Assembly: GCA_944391565.1 (NCBI GenBank)
Contig: CALXUB010000028.1
Span: 30,738 to 94,737, forward strand
Origin: an uncultured Alphaproteobacteria bacterium
Lineage (GTDB): Bacteria; Pseudomonadota; Alphaproteobacteria; CAAHEQ01; UBA3637
Direction: 5' to 3'
DNA length: 64,000 nucleotides
A program made the position numbers and the translations under genes. Positions 21,160 through 31,646 of this stretch are shown here, piece after piece (position 1 is the stretch's first letter; each line of letters begins with the position of its first letter). Under the pieces are notes generated by a model, which made no database searches, was not told the origin of the DNA, and worked only from the letters and a program-made list of their open reading frames with translations.

Positions 21160-21771
21160 ATGTCGAATACAGTTATAAAACTATTGATGGTAAGTGCTGT
21201 ATGTTTTGGGACAACGGCAGTTTACGCAGATTGTGTTTGTGGTACACAAGGCTGTAAAGCCTGTGCAAACGCTGAAGAATTTTTGGAAGAACGTGGGGAA
21301 ATGATAACGGATCATGCCAAAAATTTAAAAAAGACGGCCTGGGGACTGAAGGATGCAAGTTCTTCAGCAAAAGTTGAATCGGCACGCGGACAGGGGGATT
21401 GCGTGACAGAAAATGTGGCTTTTTTCATGGAGCAGGCTGATGTTTTGGAAAAGAACGGACAAGTTGTTTTATGGTATGCTGATGTGATGGAAGATGATGT
21501 TTTGCCATTAAAAGCCAGTGATTATCCCAAAGCTAAAGCAGATGCACAGAACTTGGTTGCGACAGGTACGCAAATGAAGACAGATGCAGCAGCTAAAAAA
21601 GCGGCCTGTGCTGCTAAAACCGTTGAAATTGCAGCAATAGAAGATGATGTAATTGCAACGGCCATGAAAGGTCACCAAGAAGATGTGATCTCATATTTGG
21701 AAATTGTTGAACAAAACGGAGACGCTTTGATTGCCTCCGGAGAGATGATCGAAAGTAAATTATCTCCGTAA
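21160..21771 (+). CDS. Secreted hypothetical protein (203 aa)
   Basis: Signal peptide; no recognisable motif. Confidence 0.4.
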   Translation: MSNTVIKLLMVSAVCFGTTAVYADCVCGTQGCKACANAEEFLEERGEMITDHAKNLKKTAWGLKDASSSAKVESARGQGDCVTENVAFFMEQADVLEKNGQVVLWYADVMEDDVLPLKASDYPKAKADAQNLVATGTQMKTDAAAKKAACAAKTVEIAAIEDDVIATAMKGHQEDVISYLEIVEQNGDALIASGEMIESKLSP

Positions 21772-21822
21772 TGATTTGAAAGCCCTGTCGGTTATCGGCA
21801 GGGCTTTTTGAAAGGATAAAAA

Positions 21823-22299
21823 ATGAAAATTCAAAAAGCTTATTTTGCAGCCGGTTCTTTTTGGGAAGTTCAAGCGTCTTATGAAGAAATAGAAGGTGTA
21901 CTTGCAACGCGCGTAGGGTATATGGGCGGATTTATGCCTTATCCCAAGCATCAAGATGTAGTCAAGGGGTTTACAGGACACGCGCAAACCGTGGAAGTTC
22001 TTTTTAACGAAGATGAAGTTTCTTATCGTGAACTGGCCGATTATTTTTTTGAGATACATAATCCGACAACGCTGAATTGCCAAGGACCTGATGAAGGAAC
22101 GGCTTTTCGTTCTGTTTTATTTTATTTAAATTTGGAACAAAAAACACAAGCTCTTCTAGCAAAAGATTTCTTTGATGCAGAGAATATTTATCATAAACCG
22201 GCTGTCACGCATATTCGTCCGGCGGATAAATTCTATATAGCCGAAGAAGAACACCAGTATTTTGTCGAAAAACATCCGGAGTTGCTCAGTTTTGGTTAA
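21823..22299 (+). CDS. Peptide methionine sulfoxide reductase MsrA-like protein with Ser replacing the catalytic Cys (GSFW instead of GCFW)
   Basis: Matches MsrA blocks (VGYMGG, GHAQTVEV, QGPDEGTAFRS), but the codon at the active-site position is TCT (Ser). Confidence 0.65.
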   Translation: MKIQKAYFAAGSFWEVQASYEEIEGVLATRVGYMGGFMPYPKHQDVVKGFTGHAQTVEVLFNEDEVSYRELADYFFEIHNPTTLNCQGPDEGTAFRSVLFYLNLEQKTQALLAKDFFDAENIYHKPAVTHIRPADKFYIAEEEHQYFVEKHPELLSFG

Positions 22300-23570
22300 A
22301 GGCTTTTTTTGTTTTTGTTAATTAAGGCATCCATTCTGGCTCTGCTTTCTTGAAAGGCGTCGTTTGTCGTTTGCTGCAGGTTTTTTAACCGATCTTGGAT
22401 CGACATTTCCTTTGATTTTTTCTTACCTTCTAAGTACAGCCTTGCATCAGAGCCTTGATCAAAAGCGTTTTGGAGTGCTGTATGCCCGTGTTTGTCCAAA
22501 AGCTCCGGATCGGCCCCTTTTTCCAGCAGCAAAGGGATCCCTTCTGGATAATAATTAACGGCGACATGAAGCGGATATTGTCCCTTTTTATTCGGTTCAT
22601 TGATTTGAAAGCCCGGAACGCTGATAACAATGTTCATAAAATCCTGATTTTTGGTGTAAATTGCTTGATCAAGCAAACTTTCTCCATCAGGATCAAAAAA
22701 ATCCTGTGCTGCGCCGCGTCGCATCAAATCAGCGCCTTTTTCAAAGTAATTTTGCAGATTTTTTTCTCGATTATCAGGATTTTTATAAACATCATTAAAC
22801 GACATCACATGTTTTTTCATTTGTTTATTTAAGGCCTCTATTTCCGGAGGAACAGCAGGCTTCGGCGGTTCTTCAGAATGGGGTTGTTCTTGCTGTTCCG
22901 AGACAGGCTTTGTTGGCTGCCGTTTCGGGAATAAGTCAGCATTTCCGTATTTTTGCGCTAAATCAAAGGCATTTTCTCCCTTTGGGGTCAGCCAATCCGT
23001 GCGGGCTCCGTGTTGAAGCAAAAGCCAAATTGTGTCTCGTTCTTTATTTCGGATAGCTTCGTATAGCGGGGTCATTCCGAAACGATTGACAGCATTGATA
23101 TCAAAGCGTTTTGTGTTTAATAAGATATGTAAAGCTTCTGCTTGACCACAACGGGCAGCCAAATGAAGAGGCGTTTCTTTGTCCTTCGTCAGATTATTGG
23201 GATTTACAAGAGGTGCCAGTTCTTGAACAGCACGGGTGTGTCCGACTAAAGCCGCTTGATGAAGGAGGGTATATCCCGGATTCTTTTTAAAGAAGTCTTT
23301 CAATTTGGTTTGGGTTGACACGTTCGGATCCGCACCTTGACGAACAAAAGCGAGCGCTCTGTTAAAATAAGCATCTTTATCTGTGTACAGAAAATTCATA
23401 TCCGTTGATTGTTCCAACAGATCCTGGAGGGCTGATGTTTGTTTGGAATCGTTAACAGTCTTTCGGACTTGATGAAAAATATTTGTTATTTTCCCCAACA
23501 TGCTTTTATCCTCTTTTTGTTTTTTATGCTTCATTATAGCATGTTTTGTGTTGTTTTTCAATAAAAACAA
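22296..23570 (-). CDS. Ankyrin-repeat protein
   Basis: Several ANK repeats (TPLHLAARCGQAEALHILL, MTPLYEAIRNKERDTIWLLLQHGA, YPLHVAVNYYPEGIPLLLEKGADP); basic C-terminus. Confidence 0.7.
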   Translation of the reverse strand: MFLLKNNTKHAIMKHKKQKEDKSMLGKITNIFHQVRKTVNDSKQTSALQDLLEQSTDMNFLYTDKDAYFNRALAFVRQGADPNVSTQTKLKDFFKKNPGYTLLHQAALVGHTRAVQELAPLVNPNNLTKDKETPLHLAARCGQAEALHILLNTKRFDINAVNRFGMTPLYEAIRNKERDTIWLLLQHGARTDWLTPKGENAFDLAQKYGNADLFPKRQPTKPVSEQQEQPHSEEPPKPAVPPEIEALNKQMKKHVMSFNDVYKNPDNREKNLQNYFEKGADLMRRGAAQDFFDPDGESLLDQAIYTKNQDFMNIVISVPGFQINEPNKKGQYPLHVAVNYYPEGIPLLLEKGADPELLDKHGHTALQNAFDQGSDARLYLEGKKKSKEMSIQDRLKNLQQTTNDAFQESRARMDALINKNKKSL

Positions 23571-23590
23571 ATATCAAACTGAAAAGGGGA

Positions 23591-24565
23591 TTAAAAAGCA
23601 GCTTTGATTTCCGCTATTGTTTGTTTAATGGCGGCTTGTGCCGGGGTTGTTTGCGCCAGTCCGTCCAGCATCATAAAATCGTGAATTGTTCCTTTATAAC
23701 GGACGGCTGTCACGCTATTGCCCGCCTGCATAAGCTTATCCGCATAGGCTTCTCCTTCGTCTCGAAGAACATCATTTTCTGCTGTAATGACAAAGGCCGG
23801 GGGTAAACCTGCCAACTGTTCTGTCGATGCATTGATTGGAGAAGCGTAAATTTCTTGACGAACATTTGTGTTAGGTGCATAGGCATCCCAAAAATAAGCC
23901 ATCGCTTTTTGTGTTAACCACGGTCCGTTAGCAAAATCGCGATAAGACGGAGAACTCATGGAGGCATCCGTGACCGGGTAAAGTAAAATTTGTTTGCTGA
24001 GTGCTGGACCATGGCGTTCTTTTGACATTAAAGATAAAACAGCCGCCATATTGCCTCCAACAGAATCTCCGGCAACTAAAACTGCGTTCGGATTGACATG
24101 GTAATCCGCTGCATGATGGATTACGTATTCCAGGGCATCATACCCTTCTTCCAAGACATTCGGGTATTGTCCCTCTGGAGAAGACAAATAATTGACGAAA
24201 AGAATCGCACAGCCGCTTCCGATACAAAGTTCACGCATCAATCGTTCATGTGTTTTCTTATTTCCCATGACCCAGCCGCCGCCATGATAATATACAACCA
24301 ATGGCAGCACTTCATGGTTATTTTGCGGGCGATAAAATCTGACATCTACTCTGCCGTTGGGTCCTACCGGGAAAAGTGTGTCTTGGATGTCGCAGGTCAA
24401 ACGAGCTGTTATCTCTGTCTGATTTTGGGCCCCTAAAAGGACTTTGCGTGCTTCTTCATATGAAAGCGTGTCCAGCGGTGCAGCTTTTTGTTTGGCTAAT
24501 TCATCCAAAAATTGGCGCGTTTCGGTTGTCAAGTGCGGATTTTCTGAGTTTGGCTGTTGATACAT
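23591..24565 (-). CDS. Alpha/beta hydrolase, HSL-family esterase/lipase
   Basis: HGGGW oxyanion motif and GDSVGG nucleophile elbow; start taken at MYQQP, which has an RBS. Confidence 0.7.
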   Translation of the reverse strand: MYQQPNSENPHLTTETRQFLDELAKQKAAPLDTLSYEEARKVLLGAQNQTEITARLTCDIQDTLFPVGPNGRVDVRFYRPQNNHEVLPLVVYYHGGGWVMGNKKTHERLMRELCIGSGCAILFVNYLSSPEGQYPNVLEEGYDALEYVIHHAADYHVNPNAVLVAGDSVGGNMAAVLSLMSKERHGPALSKQILLYPVTDASMSSPSYRDFANGPWLTQKAMAYFWDAYAPNTNVRQEIYASPINASTEQLAGLPPAFVITAENDVLRDEGEAYADKLMQAGNSVTAVRYKGTIHDFMMLDGLAQTTPAQAAIKQTIAEIKAAF

Positions 24566-24766
24566 GTTTTCCCCCTTTATTAAAAATAAAATAAAGTTTT
24601 TTTCTGTCAAAACAAGCCATCCTAAAGAATAGAGTATGAAATAGGGATTGCAGACGAGAAAATCGGTTTTGAGAGAAATAGGCAACTATTTGAGAACATC
24701 AGGTCTTTATTATTTGTCATTTCGGCCTCATATCTGAAAAAAGATGCAATAAATTCGGAGGATAAA

Positions 24767-25813
24767 ATGAAAGGAATAATGATGAGTGCAATATTAGGAG
24801 CTGTTGTTTTGGGTGGTACTGAAAGTACACTTGCCGCAATGTCAAATCCTTATGGATTGGTTTATGAAAATGCAATTACGGAAAATACAGCAGGTGCTGT
24901 TCAAATCCATCCGGTCCAGTATCAATTACATGGCATCAATATCGCCGCTAATGTTTATACACCGGCCGGTTATAATGCCTCCCAAAAATATCCGGCTATT
25001 GTGGTAGCGCATCCGAACGGCGGTACGAAAGAGCAGGTTGCGGGTCTTTTTGCACAACGTTTAGCTGAAAACGGCTATATTACAATCACGGCAGATGCTG
25101 CTTTCCAAGGGGCCAGCGGCGGAGAACCTCGTCATACGGATAAGCCTTACTATCGTGAAGAAGATATTCATGGAATGGCTGATTATATTTCTGAATATCC
25201 GGGTGTTGACGCGGAAAAAATAGGTGTGTTGGGGATCTGTGGCGGTGGCGGTTATACACTTAAAGCAGCACAATCCGATAAAAGGCTGAAAGCCATAGCT
25301 ACCTTAAGTATGTTTAACTCAGGTCGTGTCCGTCGGAACGGCTATCAGGACTCTCAGTTGGATACCATTCAAGAACGTCTTTTAAAAGCAGCTGATGCGC
25401 GCTCTGAAGAAGTATTAACCGGAAAAATCAGGTTAGTCGGTCAAATGGATTTCAGTGATGAAGCGATCGCAAAATTACCCTATGATTTATATCGGGAAGG
25501 TGCGGTTTATTATGGTCGAACACATGCTCATCCGAATTCTACATTTGAATATACTGAAAGCAGTTTGATGGATTTGATGACTTGGGACGCGACAGATCAA
25601 ATCGAACTGATTAACCAGCCGTTGTTAATGATAGCCGGGGAAAAAGCCGATTCGCTTTATATGACGCAAGATGCTTTTGAAAAAGCAACAGGAACCAAAG
25701 ATAAAGAGCTGTTCCTTATTCCAAATGCGACCCATATTCAAACTTATTATGTTCCTGATTATGTTAATACGGCAGCAAATAAGCTGGTCCAATTTTATGG
25801 AAAAAAGCTTTAA
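24767..25813 (+). CDS. Secreted alpha/beta hydrolase (dienelactone hydrolase / peptidase S9-like)
   Basis: Signal peptide; GICGGGG nucleophile-elbow-like motif. Confidence 0.5.
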   Translation: MKGIMMSAILGAVVLGGTESTLAAMSNPYGLVYENAITENTAGAVQIHPVQYQLHGINIAANVYTPAGYNASQKYPAIVVAHPNGGTKEQVAGLFAQRLAENGYITITADAAFQGASGGEPRHTDKPYYREEDIHGMADYISEYPGVDAEKIGVLGICGGGGYTLKAAQSDKRLKAIATLSMFNSGRVRRNGYQDSQLDTIQERLLKAADARSEEVLTGKIRLVGQMDFSDEAIAKLPYDLYREGAVYYGRTHAHPNSTFEYTESSLMDLMTWDATDQIELINQPLLMIAGEKADSLYMTQDAFEKATGTKDKELFLIPNATHIQTYYVPDYVNTAANKLVQFYGKKL

Positions 25814-25825
25814 CAGGAGGTCAAA

Positions 25826-26881
25826 ATGAATAAACTTACTTTTACGCTGCTTGCCCTGCTGATGGTGTCGGCTTGTTCGGATAAAACCATAAAAATCGAA
25901 AAACAAGGGCATTTTTCTGTCGGTGGAACAACTGTGCAGCGGGAAGGTGCGTATGATAACAGTCAGTTTATCGGATGGGCTGAACAAAACGAAACCGGAC
26001 AAAGCTATCGTGGGGATCATGCCTTTGTTGAGTATCAAATCCCTGTTGGAGCGCATCCATATCCGTTGGTGTTCGTTCACGGTTATGGCGGTTCGGGTGT
26101 TTGTTGGCAAATGACCCCGGATAACCGAGATGGTTTTGCAACATTGATGTTGCGCAAAGGTTATTCAACATATGTCATGGATTTACCTGGCCGGGGACGG
26201 GCCGGTCGAACAACTGCTGAAAAGCAAATTAAGCCGGTGGCAGATGAAATGTTTTGGTTTGATATTTGGCGCATTGGTGTTTGGCCAACCTATAACAAGG
26301 GTGTTCAATTTTCCCAAGACCCAGTGTATTTGTCTCAGTTTTTCAGAGAGATGACACCTGATTTAAGTGATCATACTTTGGATGTGGGAGCTATTGATGC
26401 ATTGGTGAATAAAATTGGGAATTCCGTATTGGTCACACATTCTGCCGGTGGATTTCCGGGCTGGTTGGTTGCTATGCAAAATGATCGCGTAAAGGGGGTC
26501 GCGGCCTTTGAACCGGGTGGCTATGTTTTTCCGGAGGGCGAAGTGCCGAAACCTATGCCGAGTTTAACCGGAAGCTTAGAAGGCGTCCCCGTACCGTTGG
26601 AAAGTTTTTTGAAATTAACAAAAATGCCTATTGTTCTGTATTTTGGAGACTATATTCCAGAAGAATCAAGTTCTCGCTTGGGAGATGAAAATTGGCGAGT
26701 TCGTTTACAAATGGGACGAAAATTCGTTGAAACCGTGAATAAACATGGAGGTCAAGCCACACTTGTAGAACTGCCTAAAATCGGTATTTATGGGAATACT
26801 CATTTCTTGATGCAGGACTTAAACAATGACGTGATTGCCGATTTGTTTAACAAATGGCTGACGGAAAGCAATTTAAAATAA
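25826..26881 (+). CDS. Lipoprotein alpha/beta hydrolase
   Basis: Lipobox SAC; HSAGG nucleophile elbow. Confidence 0.5.
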   Translation: MNKLTFTLLALLMVSACSDKTIKIEKQGHFSVGGTTVQREGAYDNSQFIGWAEQNETGQSYRGDHAFVEYQIPVGAHPYPLVFVHGYGGSGVCWQMTPDNRDGFATLMLRKGYSTYVMDLPGRGRAGRTTAEKQIKPVADEMFWFDIWRIGVWPTYNKGVQFSQDPVYLSQFFREMTPDLSDHTLDVGAIDALVNKIGNSVLVTHSAGGFPGWLVAMQNDRVKGVAAFEPGGYVFPEGEVPKPMPSLTGSLEGVPVPLESFLKLTKMPIVLYFGDYIPEESSSRLGDENWRVRLQMGRKFVETVNKHGGQATLVELPKIGIYGNTHFLMQDLNNDVIADLFNKWLTESNLK

Positions 26882-26903
26882 GTATTTGAACCAAAGCCGT
26901 CAA

Positions 26904-27791
26904 TCAGATGTTTTTCATTTGATTGACGTTCGCTTTGGGGGGTAATCCGAACATGCGTTTATACTCGCGATTGAATTGGCTGGTGCTTTCATAACCAACT
27001 TGATAAGCTGCATTAGCCGCATCAATATTTTCAGCAAACATCAAGCGTTGTGCTTCGTATAAGCGTAGTCGTTTTTGATATTGAAGCGGACTTAAGCTGG
27101 TCACTTTGTTAAAATGGCGATAAAAAGAAGATTCGGCCATGTTGAATTTTTGCGCTAGTTGCTCAATGCGAAGTGTTTGACGATAATTCTCCTTCAACCA
27201 GGCAATTGCACCGGCAATTTGACTGTTTCTTGATCCTTTCATGTTGACAGAACGCAAAATGTCTCCCAGGGACGAAGTTAAAAGCAGATAATGAATTTCT
27301 CGAATAATCATGGGCGCCATGACTTTCTGTCGTTCCGGCTGCTCAACTAAAGATAATAGGCGATAAAAAGCATCCAGTAAAGGTTCATCCGCTTCAGCGA
27401 TTCCCATGGTTCGCGGAGGTGTTTGTTCCTGGACATAATGCTCTTCACTCAGTAGTTGTGAAATCAAATAGTTATCTAAATCTAAAATCAAGGTCATGAA
27501 AGGTTTTTCTTTAGAAGCTTCTGAAATACTGCTGACTGTCGGGATATCAATGGAGGTGACGACGAGTTGCTTTTCTTGGTAAGTAAAATCAGTGGAACCC
27601 AGAATTGCTTTTTTTTGACCCTGTAGAATAAGAATCACCATGGGATTATAAAAACAATGTTGATTAAATGTCGGCTCTGTTCGTAAAGAGGCCCTGAAGC
27701 CGTTAATGCCTGTTTGAAACATTCCGGGTTCGGGAAACAGAGATTGGAGTTTATTTTTTAACAAATCAAGTTTTTCAATCGAGTGACTCAT
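26904..27791 (-). CDS. AraC-family transcriptional regulator
   Basis: C-terminal HTH_AraC signature. Confidence 0.7.
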   Translation of the reverse strand: MSHSIEKLDLLKNKLQSLFPEPGMFQTGINGFRASLRTEPTFNQHCFYNPMVILILQGQKKAILGSTDFTYQEKQLVVTSIDIPTVSSISEASKEKPFMTLILDLDNYLISQLLSEEHYVQEQTPPRTMGIAEADEPLLDAFYRLLSLVEQPERQKVMAPMIIREIHYLLLTSSLGDILRSVNMKGSRNSQIAGAIAWLKENYRQTLRIEQLAQKFNMAESSFYRHFNKVTSLSPLQYQKRLRLYEAQRLMFAENIDAANAAYQVGYESTSQFNREYKRMFGLPPKANVNQMKNI

Positions 27792-27948
27792 TTTCCTATC
27801 TTTCCTTTCTTTTTTAATAATATAAGCTGGAATATAAAATGTAAATAAAAAATGATAGGATTAGGCAATTATTTGAGAGTATCTGCTCTGTTCATTTGCA
27901 TTTCATCTAACTAAAGTATAAAATAAGTGTTGGTTTTAAGGAGGAAAA

Positions 27949-28581
27949 ATGAAAGTATTATTGATTAACGGTTCACCTAATAAAAAAGGCTGCACTTACA
28001 CGGCATTAAAGGAAATTGCTGAACAGCTTGAAAAAGAAGGTATCGGTTCAGAGATCTACGATATCGGTACAGAAGCAATTCGTCCCTGTTTAGCTTGTCG
28101 GGCCTGCGCCAAACTGGGGAAGTGCGTTATCAACGATAAGGTCAATGAGTTTGTTGAAAAAGCGGCTGAATTTGACGGTTATATTATTGGATCACCTGTT
28201 CATTACGCTTCGGCCAGTGGAGTCGTTGTTCCGTTTATGGATCGCGCTTTCTTTTCCTCTTTTGTCGCAGGTAAGTTGATTTTTCGTCATAAACCGGGAT
28301 CTGCAATCGTCAGTGCTCGACGAGCCGGTACCACAGCAACGATTGATCAGCTGAATAAGTATTTTCAAATTGCTGAAATGCCGGTTATTTCAGGACGCTA
28401 TTGGAATATGGTTCACGGCAGCACGCCCGAAGAAGTGAAACAAGATAAAGAAGGCATGCAAAATATGCGTATTTTGGCTAAAAATATGGCTTATTTCCTG
28501 AAATGCCAAGATGCTGCACGTCAGGCCGGTATTACTCCACCGGCTCCGGAAAAAATTGAGTTTACGAATTTTATCAGATAA
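27949..28581 (+). CDS. Flavodoxin-like NAD(P)H-dependent FMN reductase / iron-sulfur flavoprotein
   Basis: NGSPNKKG flavodoxin-like fold start; CxxC pair. Confidence 0.5.
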   Translation: MKVLLINGSPNKKGCTYTALKEIAEQLEKEGIGSEIYDIGTEAIRPCLACRACAKLGKCVINDKVNEFVEKAAEFDGYIIGSPVHYASASGVVVPFMDRAFFSSFVAGKLIFRHKPGSAIVSARRAGTTATIDQLNKYFQIAEMPVISGRYWNMVHGSTPEEVKQDKEGMQNMRILAKNMAYFLKCQDAARQAGITPPAPEKIEFTNFIR

Positions 28582-28591
28582 AGGAGGAAAT

Positions 28592-29614
28592 ATGATTAAA
28601 AAGGTTTTATTTTCTTTTGTGTTGGGAATAGTTTTGTCTTTAGGAGGAACAGCTATGGCAGATGAAGTATTAACTGCAAAACAAAGATCAATTGCTGCTG
28701 CTGCATCTTATGCAGCCAGAGGAGATCAGATCGGTTTAAAACAATCTTTGATTGAGGGGCTGGATGCTGGTGTGACGGTCAATGAATTTAAGGAGATTTT
28801 GGTTCAGGTTTATGCGTATTGCGGTTTTCCGCGTAGTTTAAATGCCTTGAATACGTTGATGCAAGTTGTTGAAGAGCGTGGTTATCAAGATGAGGAGGGG
28901 CGATTGCCCGGTGCGCTTCCGTCAGGCAGTAGCTTGGTTTATGGAACGGCTAATCAGACACGGCTGGTCGGCGGACCTGTTCAAGGTAAACTGTATGAGT
29001 TTGCACCAGCGATTGACACCTTCCTGAAAGCTCATTTGTTCGGGGATATTTTCGCCCGTGATAATGTGGATTGGCAAACCCGCGAGCTTGCAACAATTGC
29101 TATGCTGGCTTCTTTAAGTCAGGTTGACAGTCAGCTTAACAGTCACATTAACATTGGTAAACACAACGGATTAACTGATGAGCAGGTTGATGCGATTTTA
29201 AAAGTTGCTTCCGAAACGGGAGCTAAGGACGTTTTGTTCGGTTTTGGAAATGAAAATACGGGATTTGCTCAATATTTCAGCGGTAAAAGTTATTTACAGC
29301 CCTTAACGCAAGGGGACATAAACGCGGCAAATGTCACTTTTGAACCCGGTGTGCGGAATAATTGGCATGTTCATCATAAGACAGGGCAAACATTGTTGGT
29401 TGTCTCGGGACGTGGTTATTATCAAGAATGGGGAAAACCGGCTCAGGAGTTAAAACCGGGTGATACTGTTTCTATTCCTGAGGGCGTTAAACATTGGCAC
29501 GGAGCAGCAAAAGACAGCTGGTTTACGCATATTGCGCTTTCCGTTCCGGTAGAGGGTGCTTCTACCGAGTGGCTGGAGCCTGTTTCTGAGACTGAGTATC
29601 GTCAACTGAAGTAA
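28592..29614 (+). CDS. Secreted carboxymuconolactone-decarboxylase-like plus cupin-domain protein
   Basis: Signal peptide; C-terminal cupin; strong RBS AAGGAGG before the ATG at 28592. Confidence 0.45.
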   Translation: MIKKVLFSFVLGIVLSLGGTAMADEVLTAKQRSIAAAASYAARGDQIGLKQSLIEGLDAGVTVNEFKEILVQVYAYCGFPRSLNALNTLMQVVEERGYQDEEGRLPGALPSGSSLVYGTANQTRLVGGPVQGKLYEFAPAIDTFLKAHLFGDIFARDNVDWQTRELATIAMLASLSQVDSQLNSHINIGKHNGLTDEQVDAILKVASETGAKDVLFGFGNENTGFAQYFSGKSYLQPLTQGDINAANVTFEPGVRNNWHVHHKTGQTLLVVSGRGYYQEWGKPAQELKPGDTVSIPEGVKHWHGAAKDSWFTHIALSVPVEGASTEWLEPVSETEYRQLK

Positions 29615-30091
29615 AGTTCGGTTGTTTCTTGTTGTCGATTGCCGTTTTGTTTGGAAGTTCACGGCGAAATAAAGAGATAATTAAGTTTTGTCAGTGAGCT
29701 TCAACAAACGGTGCGGGTTGGTGTACGGTTGTCGGCTATTTGGTTTTGTATATTCAATCTTACCCAAGAAATTTCTTTGCAGATACAAAAAAGTTTTATC
29801 GATTTTTTTGGCTTTGAAAAAAATCGGCATAATAAAAGAAAATTTTTATAGTAAAATTAAAAGTCCGATGGATTATGGAAAATTAAAACACAAAAATCGG
29901 ACCGGACAGGGAAGTTGATTTTTGGGGGATAAAAAAATTTGAAAGGGGCATTTTCAAAATGGTGCGCGATACTATGCAGTTATCGGACTAAAAACTATGA
30001 GGATTTTAAGGAATTAAAAAAGAAATTAAAAAAAATCTTGTAACTTTTTTACTACAAATATAATATATCATTAGAGGTGAGAGTTTAGAAA

Positions 30092-30847
30092 ATGATTAAA
30101 GATGAAATAACAGATAAAATAATTTGTGGTGATTGTTTGGAGATAATGAAAACCATCCCTTCAGAGTTTTGTGATTTGGTAGTTACATCTCCACCATATA
30201 ATTTGAAAAACTCCACAGGAAATGGTATGAAAGACGGAAGAGGTGGAAAATGGCAAAATGCCGCTTTAGTAAACGGATACCAAAATTATGATGACAATAT
30301 GCCCCATGAAGAATATGTATCATGGCAAAGACAATGTTTAACGGAAATGATGAGGATTATAAATGATAAAGGAGCAATCTTTTATAATCATAAATGGCGT
30401 GTACAGAATGGATTATTACAAGATCGACAAGATATTGTATCTGGTTTTCCGGTTAGGCAAATTATTATATGGAAGAGAAAGGGAGGTATTAACTTTAATC
30501 CTGGTTACTTTCTTCCAACGTATGAAGTTATTTACGTGATAGCAAAGCCAAATTTCAAACTTCGGCGAGGAGCAAATGCTCTTGGTGACGTTTGGGAATT
30601 TACTCAAGAAATGAACAACAATCATCCAGCCCCCTTTCCTGTAGCTCTTATTGATAGAATTATATCTTCAACAGACGCTAATATCATTTTAGACCCTTTT
30701 ATGGGAAGCGGAACAACTGCAATTGCGGCTATAAAAAATGGAAGGCACTATATAGGCATAGAGATATCACAAGAATATGTAAATTCTGCAAATGAACGGA
30801 TAGAAAATGAATTACTAAGATATACACCTTTATTAAAGTTTGGATAA
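30092..30847 (+). CDS. Type II DNA methyltransferase (SPPY motif; N4-cytosine or N6-adenine, beta class)
   Basis: DLVVTSPPYN catalytic motif and FMGSGTT SAM motif; AT-rich cassette. Confidence 0.75.
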   Translation: MIKDEITDKIICGDCLEIMKTIPSEFCDLVVTSPPYNLKNSTGNGMKDGRGGKWQNAALVNGYQNYDDNMPHEEYVSWQRQCLTEMMRIINDKGAIFYNHKWRVQNGLLQDRQDIVSGFPVRQIIIWKRKGGINFNPGYFLPTYEVIYVIAKPNFKLRRGANALGDVWEFTQEMNNNHPAPFPVALIDRIISSTDANIILDPFMGSGTTAIAAIKNGRHYIGIEISQEYVNSANERIENELLRYTPLLKFG

Positions 30848-31646
30848 AGTAATGATGAACGTACCAATTTACACAAAAGAAAAACTAATAGAAAAGCTGT
30901 TAGAAATAAAACAGTTGGGCTGGATTGTGGGTGGCCGCCCTGGAAATGATGGTAGTGTTGGTAATACTTTAGAAGATTTGTTAGGAATAAAAGAAAATAA
31001 TCTTCCCATACCAAATGCTGCGGAATGGGAATTGAAATGTCAAAGACTACAAGGCTGTTCCAGAACAACAGGATTTCATATAGAGCCATCACCCCGAGCA
31101 TTACATCTTGTTCCGAATTTATTATTAAAAAGTTATGGCTGGCCTCATAAAGAAGCAGGCAAAAAATATCCATCATCTGAGATGAGTTTCAGAATGACAA
31201 TGAATGCTTTGAGTAGAACTGACAGGGGATTTGGAATAGTAATTAATGATGCAGAAAGGAAAATTGAGGTATCTTTTGATGCCGAATCTGTTCATCCACG
31301 ACATAAGGAATGGTTAGAAAGTGTGGATAAAAGGATCGGATTAAAAGAACTAAATCCTCAACCATATTGGGGATTTGATGATTTATTCCATAAAGTTGGT
31401 AATAAATTGCATAACTGTTTTTATATCCTTGCAGATTGTAAACAAGAAAATGGGATTGAATATTTTCAATATAATAAGATATTTAAGCTATCTACTTTTG
31501 ATGAAACCAAATTAATAGATGCGATTAGAAACGGCGTATTAATTGCAGAATTTGATGCAAGAACCGGTCATAATCATGGCACGAAATTTAGGTTTAAAAA
31601 AGGCGATTTACCAAAATTGTATAAATACGTTGAAATAATCGAATAA
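30840..31646 (+). CDS. Putative type II restriction endonuclease, MvaI/BcnI-like, cognate to the upstream methyltransferase
   Basis: Overlaps the methyltransferase stop; size and partner type fit MvaI/BcnI-like systems; family assignment rests on weak recall. Confidence 0.4.
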   Translation: MDKVMMNVPIYTKEKLIEKLLEIKQLGWIVGGRPGNDGSVGNTLEDLLGIKENNLPIPNAAEWELKCQRLQGCSRTTGFHIEPSPRALHLVPNLLLKSYGWPHKEAGKKYPSSEMSFRMTMNALSRTDRGFGIVINDAERKIEVSFDAESVHPRHKEWLESVDKRIGLKELNPQPYWGFDDLFHKVGNKLHNCFYILADCKQENGIEYFQYNKIFKLSTFDETKLIDAIRNGVLIAEFDARTGHNHGTKFRFKKGDLPKLYKYVEIIE

